Below are positions 17,004 through 26,335 of a stretch of DNA of 34,858 bases, piece by piece (positions within the stretch are counted from its first letter, which is position 1; every line of letters begins with the position of its first letter). A model generated the notes under the pieces. That model was not told where the DNA came from and did not search any database. It was given only the letters and a program-made list of their open reading frames with translations. A program made the position numbers and the translations under genes. The DNA comes from a virus (taxonomy: Duplodnaviria > Caudoviricetes). The stretch spans positions 1 to 34,858 of the IMG/VR virus record IMGVR_UViG_3300027693_000013; one strand, written 5' to 3'.

Positions 17004-17344
17004 TTGAGCACTACTTCAGTTCTGGCGTGTACGCCAAAGAGACTCGCATTCCTGCGGGTAGTTGGTTGGTTCAACATGCTCACCTGCACGATCACATGTC
17101 TATCTTGGCGAGTGGTTCTGTGGAACTGATGGTAGATGGAAAAACTTCTGTACTTCATGCGCCTGCCTGCCTGACAATTGAGGCAGGTAAACATCACGGC
17201 GTAAGGTCAATTACAGATGTTGTTTGGTACTGCGTTCATGCGACCAACTGCACTGATGCTGATGAAGTTGATGATGTTCTTATCGCATCTCCTGATGTCG
17301 ATACGATGCAAGATATCGCTCAGAAACTGAGCAAAGGAGACTGA
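17000..17344 (+). CDS. Cupin-fold protein
   Basis: HAHLHDH...LASG.V metal motif 1 and IEAGKHHGV motif 2. Confidence 0.8.
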   Translation: MIEHYFSSGVYAKETRIPAGSWLVQHAHLHDHMSILASGSVELMVDGKTSVLHAPACLTIEAGKHHGVRSITDVVWYCVHATNCTDADEVDDVLIASPDVDTMQDIAQKLSKGD

Positions 17345-17345
17345 T

Positions 17346-18341
17346 ATGCCGTGGGGAATAATTGGTGGTGGGATCATAAGTGGTTTGATTGGCTCAAGCG
17401 CATCTAGCAAGGCAGCCAAAACTCAAGCCGCATCAGCAGATCGTGCCGCACAGCTCCAAAAGGAGATGTTTGAGCGTCAGATTCAGCTTCAGGAGCCGTT
17501 TCGCCAAGCGGGGCTGACTGCTCAACAGCGGTATTTGCAGTTGATGGGCCTGCCAAGTGGTGCAGCCCCAACCATGCGTTCTGAAGGCGAGTTGCGTAAT
17601 GCTCTGGCCGCTCAATACATGCGCCCAGGTACCGAAGGCCGGTATGAAACCCAGTATGGCGGCGGTTATGGCGGAGATGCTGGAGGCCAACAAGTCTTCA
17701 TTCCTGGAACGCCTGGAGTTGCTGACGAAGCTGGCCTAAATGCCGCGATTCAGGCGGCAATGGCGCAGGATAAGGCCGCTCAAGAAGCTTACCAAGCACA
17801 GCAACAATCGCCTGACTTTGGCAAGTATGCCCGTGACTTTGGTATGCAGGACTTCCAGCAAGATCCTGGCTATGCGTTCCGCATGAGCGAAGGCCTGAAG
17901 GCTCTTGATCGTCAGGCAGCGGCGCGAGGCGGTCTCATCTCTGGAGCGGCTCTGAAGGGTGCGCAACGATTCGGCCAAGAAGCGGCTAGCCAGGAGTTCA
18001 CCAACGCATTCAATCGTTACCAGACCAACCGGGCCAATCAGTTGCAGCCATTGCAATCACTGATGGGAACAAGTCAGACGGCGGCTAACACGCTCGGAAA
18101 TGCTGCTCAAAGCTATGCACAAGGTGCTGGTGAGGCTTATATGGGTGCTGGCAATGCTAGAGCGTCCGGTTACATGGGACAAGCTAATGCGCTGTCCGGC
18201 GCGATTGGGCAAGGGATCAACGCTTACCAAGGGCAGCAGTTCTTGAACAATATGCAACTTAGACGTCCCGGCGGCAGCAACTATGGTGTTGGAAGTTCCA
18301 TTTCCTATCTGCCAGATGACCGTGACATTGGGGGATATTAA
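17346..18341 (+). CDS. DNA ejection / internal virion protein (P22 gp7 position)
   Basis: Gly-rich hydrophobic N-terminus, Q/A-rich body, DPGYAFRMSEG..AAARGGLISGAALK. Confidence 0.75.
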   Translation: MPWGIIGGGIISGLIGSSASSKAAKTQAASADRAAQLQKEMFERQIQLQEPFRQAGLTAQQRYLQLMGLPSGAAPTMRSEGELRNALAAQYMRPGTEGRYETQYGGGYGGDAGGQQVFIPGTPGVADEAGLNAAIQAAMAQDKAAQEAYQAQQQSPDFGKYARDFGMQDFQQDPGYAFRMSEGLKALDRQAAARGGLISGAALKGAQRFGQEAASQEFTNAFNRYQTNRANQLQPLQSLMGTSQTAANTLGNAAQSYAQGAGEAYMGAGNARASGYMGQANALSGAIGQGINAYQGQQFLNNMQLRRPGGSNYGVGSSISYLPDDRDIGGY

Positions 18342-18344
18342 ATC

Positions 18345-19598
18345 ATGCCAATTGACCCAAGAATCGCAATGGGCTATCAAGCCCCACAGATTGAATCTCC
18401 GCTGAATCAATACGCTAAATTCCAGCAGATTCAGAGTGGCCAACAAGCGAATGAACTTGCTCGGATGCAAATGCAGGAGTATCAGCGCGGCTTGCAGGAG
18501 CAGGAAAACTTCAGAAACATGCTGTCTGGGGCTGATGTCAGCACACCAGCAGGCCGATCAAAACTATTGTCTGCTGGCAAGCCAGGAATTGAATATGTCA
18601 AAGGTCTTGAAGCCATTGAACAAGGTCGGACAACTCAAGCAAAGAATCAACAAGATTTAATAAAAGCTGCATTTCAAAACTCAGCTTCTGCATTGTCGCA
18701 AGTCAACAGTTTTGCAGATGCAGAAAAGTACATTAACAGCATTTACGCCGACCCTGTAATCGGCGAATTCTTGCGCAGCAAAGGTGCAAGCCCTGACAGC
18801 GCACAGAAAAAGTTGATGAAAATTGCAACAGGGCCAGACCCTGAAGCTCAGTTCAACCAATGGAAATTTGAGAACGCAGCAGGCATTGAAGCTGCCCAAA
18901 AACAATTTGGAACGCAAGTAATTAACACGGCTGGAGGGGTTCTTCAGTACGACCCAAGAACCGGGGTTACAAAAATGATCCCAGGCACAAGCCCTGCTGA
19001 TCGTCCAATGACCAAATCCGAGATTGAAAGAAATGCCATTGCTCGCGAAGGTTTAGAACTTAAAGCTACTGCGGCCGAAAACAAGCCTGTTGTCAAACCA
19101 TTAACGGAAGCGCAACAGATTAAATTAAAAGAAAACATTGCAAAAGATAGGCAAGTTGTCTCTTCAATAGCTGCAAGCGAAGAAACAATGACTTCTGAAA
19201 TTGAAAGGTTGCTAAAGCATCCAGGCCTTAAAGGAATCACAGGTTACACAGGGATGCTTCCAACTTTGCCAGCTAGTGAAGCTGGAGCGGCTAAGAATAT
19301 TTTGGAAGGCATTCAAGGAAAGGTCAAAACTCTTGGCCGTGAACTTGCATCACAATCTGGAAAACTTGGCAACATGGCGGTGCAAGAATGGAAGTTTGTA
19401 GCTGATGCCGTTGCAGCTCTTGACCCAAGAAGTAAAGATTTTCCGAATCAGCTAAAGCTGGTTCAAGAATCAATAAAAGGTCTGAAAGATAGAAGTCGTG
19501 CAAAGTTTGAAGAAACTTACCCTGATCTTGCTGCTGAAAATGCTCCTGCAAAGCCGGGAACACCAAACATTGATGATTTACTGAACAAGTACAAATAA
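18345..19598 (+). CDS. Putative DNA ejection protein (gp20 position)
   Basis: Helical Q/A/K-rich protein between ejection-type genes; synteny. Confidence 0.6.
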   Translation: MPIDPRIAMGYQAPQIESPLNQYAKFQQIQSGQQANELARMQMQEYQRGLQEQENFRNMLSGADVSTPAGRSKLLSAGKPGIEYVKGLEAIEQGRTTQAKNQQDLIKAAFQNSASALSQVNSFADAEKYINSIYADPVIGEFLRSKGASPDSAQKKLMKIATGPDPEAQFNQWKFENAAGIEAAQKQFGTQVINTAGGVLQYDPRTGVTKMIPGTSPADRPMTKSEIERNAIAREGLELKATAAENKPVVKPLTEAQQIKLKENIAKDRQVVSSIAASEETMTSEIERLLKHPGLKGITGYTGMLPTLPASEAGAAKNILEGIQGKVKTLGRELASQSGKLGNMAVQEWKFVADAVAALDPRSKDFPNQLKLVQESIKGLKDRSRAKFEETYPDLAAENAPAKPGTPNIDDLLNKYK

Positions 19599-19600
19599 TC

Positions 19601-21253
19601 ATGGCAACACTTGAGCAACTTAGCGCGGCATTGATCAAGGCTGATGCTGCGGGCAATGCAGATGATGCAAAAGTATTTGCCGATGAAATCAGACGGTTAA
19701 AAGCATCGCAAGCACAACCTAAAGTTGAGCCAACTTCTGAAGGCATGCCGGCAACAAGGCGTTTTGATTTTGCTACGGCAACTCCGGAAGAAAAGAAACA
19801 AATTGTCCGACAATCTCTTGCTGGAGGTAATCCTGTTGTAAACGTCGCTGGCGGAGGGTTGCGAGGAGCTGGATCAATTGGCGCAACGTTAATTAGGCCA
19901 TTTGAATCTGCTGAAGAAAATGCACAAAGAAGAGCGGACATGGATGCTGCTCTTCAACAACTTGGGGCAAAGCCGGAATCGTTTGGCTTTCAGGCTGGAA
20001 AACTTGGTGGTGAAATAGCTGGAACGGCAGGCGTTGGCGGATTGTCGGCAAATGCATTGAGAGCAATTCCAGGCGCCACAACCGTTGCCCCTAATTTTAT
20101 TAACGCGCTCAGAACTGGCGGTTTTGGAGCAGGGAAGATTGCTCCTTCTGTTGCCGCTGGAGCTACCGTTGGAGCCGGCACAAGTGCGTTGATTAACCCG
20201 GCTGATGTTGAAACTGGTGCGGTAATTGGCGGCGCAATGCCGCTAATTGGTAAAGGTGTGCCAGCCGTTGCCAGCGCAGTTACTCCAAATGTTGTCAAAG
20301 AGGCGTTTGCGGCAGGTAAGAAAAACGCAACCGCGTTCATTGACAATCTGCGCAGGAATGTACCGACGGATGATGTTCTTGAAACATTGAAGGATGGCAT
20401 TTCTCAGATGCGAGATGATGCTTCTACAGCATATGTAACGTCAAAAACTGGTTGGGCCGCTGATAGAACCCCACTAGATTATGCAAAAGTTGATGCAGCA
20501 ATTAACAAAATTGATAGCTCAATAACACATGCCGGCAAATCAATGATTGGGGCTGATGAGCAAAGAATTGTCTCTGAGGCAAAAGACGCTATTCAGCAAT
20601 GGAAGGCTGCGCATCCAGTTCCAACAGCAATTGATTTGGACGCGCTAAAAAGACGACTGGATAGCATTTATCCAGAAAGTTCAAAACAAACCCAAGCAAA
20701 ACGTGCTCTTTCTGAATTTGTTTCTTCCGTAAAGCAAACTATTACTGACAATGTGCCGGGTTATAAAGACGCAATGAAAGCGTATGAAACCCAGACAAAA
20801 CTTGTCAGAGAAATCAGCGATGCATTGGGTGGCGGAGACAAGATCAAAAAAGAAACTGCCTTGAACAAGATTATGCAGGCCCTCAAGGGCACACCATCTG
20901 GTGACTACAAACAAGCATTGCTTGGACAACTTGAGGCTCAAACTGGGCAGCAACTTAAACCAGCAATTGCCGGTCAATTGATGTCTGATGTTCTTCCTCG
21001 GTCGCTTTCTGGCCGAGGCGCCCTTGGGTTGGGGGGATTTGCGGGAATGACAAACCCCGCTGTTTTGGCCGCTCTTCCGTTAACATCTCCACGGTTGGTT
21101 GGTGAAGTTGCTTATGGTGCGGGTAGGGCCGCAAGCGTCCTCCCAAGGATTTCTCAACAGTTTCCAGGTGGTGCTAATGCTCTTGCTGGATTGTTTAGGA
21201 CATCTACGCCAACTCAACAGTTGATGGTCAACGCTCTCAGTCAAAACCAGTAA
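19601..21253 (+). CDS. Putative DNA ejection protein (gp16 position)
   Basis: Gly/Ala-rich membrane-like segments plus helical region; SPRLVGEVAY; last gene before the lysis cassette. Confidence 0.62.
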   Translation: MATLEQLSAALIKADAAGNADDAKVFADEIRRLKASQAQPKVEPTSEGMPATRRFDFATATPEEKKQIVRQSLAGGNPVVNVAGGGLRGAGSIGATLIRPFESAEENAQRRADMDAALQQLGAKPESFGFQAGKLGGEIAGTAGVGGLSANALRAIPGATTVAPNFINALRTGGFGAGKIAPSVAAGATVGAGTSALINPADVETGAVIGGAMPLIGKGVPAVASAVTPNVVKEAFAAGKKNATAFIDNLRRNVPTDDVLETLKDGISQMRDDASTAYVTSKTGWAADRTPLDYAKVDAAINKIDSSITHAGKSMIGADEQRIVSEAKDAIQQWKAAHPVPTAIDLDALKRRLDSIYPESSKQTQAKRALSEFVSSVKQTITDNVPGYKDAMKAYETQTKLVREISDALGGGDKIKKETALNKIMQALKGTPSGDYKQALLGQLEAQTGQQLKPAIAGQLMSDVLPRSLSGRGALGLGGFAGMTNPAVLAALPLTSPRLVGEVAYGAGRAASVLPRISQQFPGGANALAGLFRTSTPTQQLMVNALSQNQ

Positions 21254-21264
21254 CAGGGCCAACT

Positions 21265-21489
21265 ATGGAAACCCAATTCATCTTTAACATCGCCGTCAGT
21301 GTTGCCGGTTTCCTTGGTGGCTGGATCTTGAGCCACATCTACCGAGCTATCGAGAGGCTTGATTCGGACATCCGATCAATGCCTGCTCGATATGTGCGCA
21401 GGGATGACTACCGCGACGATATGGCTGATGTTAAAAGCTTGCTGAGTAAGATCAGCGACAAGTTGGACCATAAAGTGGACAAACCCTAA
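21265..21489 (+). CDS. Small membrane protein, holin/antiholin-like
   Basis: One N-terminal TM segment then coiled coil; in the lysis cassette. Confidence 0.6.
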   Translation: METQFIFNIAVSVAGFLGGWILSHIYRAIERLDSDIRSMPARYVRRDDYRDDMADVKSLLSKISDKLDHKVDKP

Positions 21490-22004
21490 TGCTTACGCTC
21501 ATCAGCACCATTTTCTCGTTCTTGGCTGGCGGCTTGCCTAAGTTCTTGGAGTTCCTCCAGGATCGCGGCGATAAGCGGCATGAGATTGAACTAGCAAGGA
21601 TGCAGATTGAGCGTGAATTGCAGTTGCGCAAACTGGGCTTTGATGCCCAGGCAAGGCTGGAAGAAATCCGCAACGTCCAGGTTGAAATGGAGACGGTCAA
21701 TCAGCAGATTCAATCTCGGATTGGCGCACAGGTTGAGGAGACCAAAGCCATCTACACCCATGATGCAGCCATTCAAGACGGCACCAGCACATGGATTAAG
21801 AACCTCCGGGCCAGTGTCAGGCCGGTCATTACCTACGGCTTCTTCCTGCTGCTGGTTCTGATCGACATCGGGCTATTTGTGCATGGCGTCAGGATGGGCG
21901 CATCGTTTGATAGCTTGGCTGCCCAGCTTTGGGATGAAGGCACCCAGGCGCTGTTTGCATCAATCATAGCGTTCCATTTCGGTGGTCGAGCCTTTGGCAA
22001 ATGA
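21489..22004 (+). CDS. Putative holin (3TM GTA-holin-like)
   Basis: N-terminal amphipathic helix, coiled coil, W...LRASVRPVITY, TM segment, IIAFHFGGR. Confidence 0.65.
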   Translation: MLTLISTIFSFLAGGLPKFLEFLQDRGDKRHEIELARMQIERELQLRKLGFDAQARLEEIRNVQVEMETVNQQIQSRIGAQVEETKAIYTHDAAIQDGTSTWIKNLRASVRPVITYGFFLLLVLIDIGLFVHGVRMGASFDSLAAQLWDEGTQALFASIIAFHFGGRAFGK

Positions 22005-22504
22005 AGATCTCAAAAGCCGGCGTAGACCTCATCAAGCACTTTGAGGGTGTCCGGCTCAAGCCTTATAAGTGTTCTGCACAGCTTTGGACTGTCGGCGTTG
22101 GACATGTGCTGTACCATGACCAGCACTATCTATCCATGGATGGCCGGCGGCACTTCCCGCTAAGGCCAGAACATAACCGTAGTTTTACCGAGGCCGAGGT
22201 AAATGAACTTCTACGAAATGACATCGCTCTTTTTGAGTCTGGCGTTGAAAGACTATGCGGCCGAAGTCTCGCGCAATGCCAATTTGATGCTCTGGTTAGC
22301 TTCGCTTTCAACCTCGGTATCGGAGCCCTGCAAAGATCAACCCTCAGAATGAAACTGACCCGAGGCGACATCAGAGGCGCAGCGGATCAGTTTTTGAGGT
22401 TTTGCAGGGCAGGTGGAAAGATCCTGCCGGGGCTACAACGTAGGCGCGTCGCTGAACGCGCCATGTTTTTAGGATGTGGCGTAGATCCCAAAGAAGATAA
22501 TTAG
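22001..22504 (+). CDS. Endolysin, GH24 phage lysozyme
   Basis: IKHFEG..LKPYKC....WTVGVGH, QFDALVSFAFNLG, GLQRRRVAE. Confidence 0.93.
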   Translation: MKISKAGVDLIKHFEGVRLKPYKCSAQLWTVGVGHVLYHDQHYLSMDGRRHFPLRPEHNRSFTEAEVNELLRNDIALFESGVERLCGRSLAQCQFDALVSFAFNLGIGALQRSTLRMKLTRGDIRGAADQFLRFCRAGGKILPGLQRRRVAERAMFLGCGVDPKEDN

Positions 22505-22603
22505 CGTAAGAACAACCAGTAGAAGCCTTGCAACAAGAGAGATCATTTGATCTTCTCCACACGTACAGTTACGACCCTGACAGCAGTTGCCATTGCAGCT
22601 CAT
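22469..22603 (-). CDS. 44-aa Cys-rich membrane protein (not in ORF track)
   Basis: MSCNGNCCQGRNCTCGEDQMISLVARLLLVVLTLIIFFGIYATS; ATGA-coupled to upstream gene; GGAGAGG Shine-Dalgarno. Confidence 0.6.
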   Translation of the reverse strand: MSCNGNCCQGRNCTCGEDQMISLVARLLLVVLTLIIFFGIYATS

Positions 22604-22875
22604 AGATCCTCTCCTTGTAAGCGTTTAGCTACTAAAGTTGCGTACCCAGCTACGTCTACCCAAGTATCGTCGTAATTCTCATCGCCATTGATGATTCTCG
22701 CGATCTTATGGCAAATCATGTCTAGGGCTTCCTGCTGGTCTGCTTGGAGCAGTTTGCCTCGGCGTTTGAGATGGATGTTGATTGTGAACTTAAGGTCTTG
22801 AGAGACCTCGGCGTGCTTTGCGAAGACACCGTACCGGCTGCCACGTTCTTTTAATGTTTCGTCAATATCTGACAC
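22600..22875 (-). CDS. DUF6378-like phage protein
   Basis: LKERGSRYG.F..DMICHKIARI.NGD..Y.D.W.D.AGYA.L. Confidence 0.75.
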   Translation of the reverse strand: MSDIDETLKERGSRYGVFAKHAEVSQDLKFTINIHLKRRGKLLQADQQEALDMICHKIARIINGDENYDDTWVDVAGYATLVAKRLQGEDL

Positions 22876-23029
22876 GGTTTCCCCTTCTGAGTGATTCTGC
22901 TAATAGCCAGCGAGCTCCAAGCATTCTGACTGCTTTGACCCACTGGCGCTGGTTGTATCGATTCTGGCTGCGTGGAATGCTGGGAACATTCCATAACTGC
23001 CGAACAAGTTTTAGAGCGGTGATGTTCAT
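22862..23029 (-). CDS. 55-aa basic hypothetical protein (not in ORF track)
   Basis: MNITALKLVRQLWNVPSIPRSQNRYNQRQWVKAVRMLGARWLLAESLRRGNRVRY; ATGA overlap with upstream stop. Confidence 0.65.
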   Translation of the reverse strand: MNITALKLVRQLWNVPSIPRSQNRYNQRQWVKAVRMLGARWLLAESLRRGNRVRY

Positions 23030-23400
23030 GCAAATCTATACTTAATCGGCGTTCCCAGCTGGAAGACGCTGTTCACCATCTTTGACTTCATGCTGCGATA
23101 CCGGCGCTGGTTCTCGTTGTGACACCGCTTCGGCATCGGCTTATCCTTCTTGTCTCCAATAGCGTAGATAGGCCTTGGATACCTCCTTGCGCCTTCCGCG
23201 TCGTAAGTCCAACCGAAGATGTAAACGCGCTTAGGCTTGAGCGGACTGGCTTTCATGAGCCGGCCAAGGATTGCCCCACTCTTATCCTTAGTCGTGCCAA
23301 TGTGCGCGCATATCTCCACCGTTGTCATCGGCCCAAGTTCTTCTAAGGCTTTGAGCATTTCCTCCCCTCGACCCCACTTCTTCATTTCCAAACCCCCCAT
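23026..23400 (-). CDS. Putative winged-helix DNA-binding protein
   Basis: LKALEELGPMTTVEICAHIG HTH-like segment; basic C-terminus; start may be 23385. Confidence 0.55.
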   Translation of the reverse strand: MGGLEMKKWGRGEEMLKALEELGPMTTVEICAHIGTTKDKSGAILGRLMKASPLKPKRVYIFGWTYDAEGARRYPRPIYAIGDKKDKPMPKRCHNENQRRYRSMKSKMVNSVFQLGTPIKYRFA

Positions 23401-23852
23401 AGATCGTTGTTTGTTGCTTTTGGCGCTTTAGTTTTTACAGCCTTGGGCTTCAACTTCTTTTTTTCTGACTTCTCTTGTGCTCTTCGTAACTTCTGCATTT
23501 CTTGCAGTTCTTTCCGTACCGCTAGAATCTTCTTGTGCTCTGCGAGCAAAGCTTCCATTACTTCGTCGGGAGTCTTTACGTCGTCAGGGTTTGCGACTTC
23601 TAGCCATTCCCGCAGGTGCTTGATGATGACAACGACTCGTTGGGCCTTGACCCTGCCACCAGCCAGCGGGGGGCCTTTGATCGGGCGGCTCCTGGCAAAC
23701 TTGCTTTCTCCTAACAGAATGCAGTCCAACCTAACATTGGGATAAAGCCGCTCCAAGCAGTTAATCTCAATCGTTGGACCTTCGCCTGGTGCCCAAGTTA
23801 AGAGTGATTTCTGAAGCAAGTGATTGACGTGTAACTTTTTACGCTCTGCCAT
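23382..23852 (-). CDS. Hypothetical protein with Lys-rich C-terminus
   Basis: 156-aa ORF; GAGGA Shine-Dalgarno. Confidence 0.6.
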   Translation of the reverse strand: MAERKKLHVNHLLQKSLLTWAPGEGPTIEINCLERLYPNVRLDCILLGESKFARSRPIKGPPLAGGRVKAQRVVVIIKHLREWLEVANPDDVKTPDEVMEALLAEHKKILAVRKELQEMQKLRRAQEKSEKKKLKPKAVKTKAPKATNNDLWGVWK

Positions 23853-23914
23853 AGTTTCCTCGATTGGCGGGGGCGCCGGGCGAACCCGGCTTACCTCTGC
23901 GAGACCCCCAAAAC

Positions 23915-24160
23915 TTACAGCAGTTTGTCGATTTTGGCTTCAAGGATGCCGTTTCGGTGCTCAATGATGTACTTGCCTACTTGTTCGGCAGTCATCAAGC
24001 CCTTGTCAAACTGCTCAACAGCCCAGAGCATTTCGCCAGCGTCAAGCTCGGAATAGCACATGTCCTTCATTGCACGTGCGCGGGCTTGCTCGTAACGAGC
24101 CTCAGTGGCTTCTTGCTTGCGAAAGTAGTTATTCAGGTCGGTGTCGTTAGAGCAAAACAT
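23915..24160 (-). CDS. Hypothetical protein
   Basis: AAGGA Shine-Dalgarno; follows a putative promoter. Confidence 0.6.
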   Translation of the reverse strand: MFCSNDTDLNNYFRKQEATEARYEQARARAMKDMCYSELDAGEMLWAVEQFDKGLMTAEQVGKYIIEHRNGILEAKIDKLL

Positions 24161-24195
24161 TTGGAGTCCTTCCGGTTGTTTGTTGCGATGTGTGT

Positions 24196-24224
24196 ATTGT
24201 GCATATCCTACACTGCGCTGTCAA
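24196..24224 (-). promoter_or_regulatory. Sigma70-like promoter overlapping the VRR-NUC 3' end
   Basis: TTGACA-17 bp-CACAAT on the - strand. Confidence 0.45.
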
Positions 24225-24564
24225 CATCTAAATGATCAACGTGCCCACAAAGTTGTCTCTTTGCATCTTCCGCTCCTTTGCACACTAAGACGATGTATCC
24301 AGCTCCGCGCATATAGGCAATCCAATCCTTTTGATCCTCGCTAACCACACCACCTTTTTGCCGCTTCATCTCGATCCACATCATCCAGGCTGGGATGAAC
24401 AAGTCGGGCACTCCAGCGCTTACTCCTTCGGCTTTTAGCCGAGCGGCTGTTGCAATGCTCCGGGCTCCGCCGTTGGGGATGGCAAAGATCCGGACGCCTT
24501 TGTGTGTCTGGCGAAACCAGCTGACAAACGCGCGTTGTTCTTCGTGTTCGGTTGGGATGTTCAA
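24208..24564 (-). CDS. VRR-NUC domain nuclease
   Basis: EHEEQ, FAIPNGG, GVSAGVPDL, IEMK..KGG.VS..QK.W; probable TTG start overlapping upstream stop. Confidence 0.85.
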   Translation of the reverse strand: MNIPTEHEEQRAFVSWFRQTHKGVRIFAIPNGGARSIATAARLKAEGVSAGVPDLFIPAWMMWIEMKRQKGGVVSEDQKDWIAYMRGAGYIVLVCKGAEDAKRQLCGHVDHLDVDSAV

Positions 24565-24761
24565 AATGGGACTTCCTCTATCCAATCTGGGCACTCGTTA
24601 AATGCGTGCGTGAACTCGTCTGGCGGCTTCAAGTCAAACATGCTGCACCAGCCAGCTTCGTTGTAGTTGTCGCATGTATGGCAGCACCTCGGTACTGGTT
24701 CTTTCTTTCTTGCTCGAAAAAGTACTACGGCTTGTGGTTCTGGCGGCTTGGTCACTTCCAT
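24561..24761 (-). CDS. Small Cys-rich hypothetical protein
   Basis: PRCCHTCD..C....F....NECPDW. Confidence 0.65.
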   Translation of the reverse strand: MEVTKPPEPQAVVLFRARKKEPVPRCCHTCDNYNEAGWCSMFDLKPPDEFTHAFNECPDWIEEVPF

Positions 24762-26335
24762 TCCCTTCGGATGACTCGGTAAAACTTTCCGTCTTTTTTG
24801 TACTCAATCAATGATGGGGGACGTGAACCCTTCATTGACGCTACTGCCTCGTCCAGACCTTGAGCGTTCTTTTCTACTCCCGCTTGCCTTGCAATTGTTA
24901 CAAATTGTTGGGCCGCTTTCTGGCCTGCGTAGCCATCGTGCAGCACTGGCAGATACTCAGTCACTGGCACATCGCTTAAGCCCCCGTAGTACGTTACAGC
25001 AAGCATTTCCTTGCCACTTGTGCGACTCAGGTGCTTACGCCATGCCCAACTTGTGACCTCAAGCTCAAGCCCCTCAACCCCCATGATGTCGTCCAGGTGC
25101 AGCACCAACTCTTTCTTTGCTGGAGGCGGGAAAGGATTGCCGCAAGCGGGACACTTCAAAGCAGAGATTGCACAAAGTTCGTCGCAGTTGTCGCACACCT
25201 TGACCGGTGCCTCTCCATTGCCAGACCCTGCTTTCTTCGGCGGCTGAACATTGGTGATAGGGCCATGCGTACTCACCACGCCTGCAAAGTCCAGCACTAG
25301 GCAATGGTCTGTGTGGCTTTTGGGGCGAAGACCACGGCCTGCCATCTGAACGTAAAGACTTGCTGACATTGTTGGGCGCAGCATGGCAATCAGGTCAATG
25401 TCCGGATAGTCGAAGCCTGTCGTCAAAACGTTAGCGTTGGTTAGAGCCCTGATTTCGCCGGCTTTGTAACGAGCCAGAATGTTTTCTCGCTCTGCTTTCG
25501 GTGTGTCACCAGTGATGCAAGCAGCAACGATCCCATTTGCGTTCATCTCATCAGCGATTGCTTGGGCGTGCTTTACACCCGCACAGAAGACCAGCCACGC
25601 TTTGCGATTTACAGCCTGCCAAATTATTTCTTCTACAGCGGCTTTGTTGTTTGAATCCGTGTTTACGGCAGCTTGCAGTTCTGACTCAATGTATTCACCA
25701 CCTCTCTTGTGTACGCCATCAACATTTAGTTGCGACATGGTGATTTTGGAGCGTAATTTCGACAGATGCCCTTTGTGAATCAGTTCTTCAATGCTTATCG
25801 GCTCAATCAGATCGTCAAACAAAGCGGGTTTGTCTGTAATGAGGCCGTGACCTAGCCGATAAGGCGTAGCCGTCAAACCAACCACTCGCAAGGCTGGATT
25901 GATAGCCTTCAGTTCTGCCAGCAACGTCCTGTAACCGCCCTCTTCTTTGTGGTTCACGAGGTGGCACTCATCAATCAGCACCAGATCAATGTGGCCCAGC
26001 TCCTTTGACTTGTTGCGCACTGACTGGATTCCAGCAAAAGTAATGGGCTCGCCAAGTTGCTTTTTCCCAATGCTCGCGCTATAAATACCCATTGGCGCCC
26101 CTGGCCAGTGGAGTCGCATTTTCTCCGAGTTTTGCTCAATCAGCTCTTTCACATGAGTGAGCATCAAAACACGAGTCTCAGGCCACTGCTGCAAGGCGTC
26201 TTTGCACAAAGCAGCAACGATATGGCTCTTGCCGGACCCAGTGGGAAGCACCAAGCAAGGATTGCCTTCGTTGCTAGCGGCAAACCATTGATACAACTGA
26301 TCAATAGTGCGTTGTTGGTAGTCGCGTAGCTTCAT
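24752..26335 (-). CDS. SF2 DExH helicase, RadD/YejH-like, with zinc ribbon
   Basis: LRDYQ, PTGSGKS, DECH, GLTATP, LTTGFD, QMAGRGLR, CDNC..CPAC. Confidence 0.92.
   Translation of the reverse strand: MKLRDYQQRTIDQLYQWFAASNEGNPCLVLPTGSGKSHIVAALCKDALQQWPETRVLMLTHVKELIEQNSEKMRLHWPGAPMGIYSASIGKKQLGEPITFAGIQSVRNKSKELGHIDLVLIDECHLVNHKEEGGYRTLLAELKAINPALRVVGLTATPYRLGHGLITDKPALFDDLIEPISIEELIHKGHLSKLRSKITMSQLNVDGVHKRGGEYIESELQAAVNTDSNNKAAVEEIIWQAVNRKAWLVFCAGVKHAQAIADEMNANGIVAACITGDTPKAERENILARYKAGEIRALTNANVLTTGFDYPDIDLIAMLRPTMSASLYVQMAGRGLRPKSHTDHCLVLDFAGVVSTHGPITNVQPPKKAGSGNGEAPVKVCDNCDELCAISALKCPACGNPFPPPAKKELVLHLDDIMGVEGLELEVTSWAWRKHLSRTSGKEMLAVTYYGGLSDVPVTEYLPVLHDGYAGQKAAQQFVTIARQAGVEKNAQGLDEAVASMKGSRPPSLIEYKKDGKFYRVIRREWK

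Noticed and set aside
22851-23033. ORF-track 60-aa ORF
   Set aside because: The alternative frame 22862-23029 has a proper ATGA coupling and a more protein-like sequence
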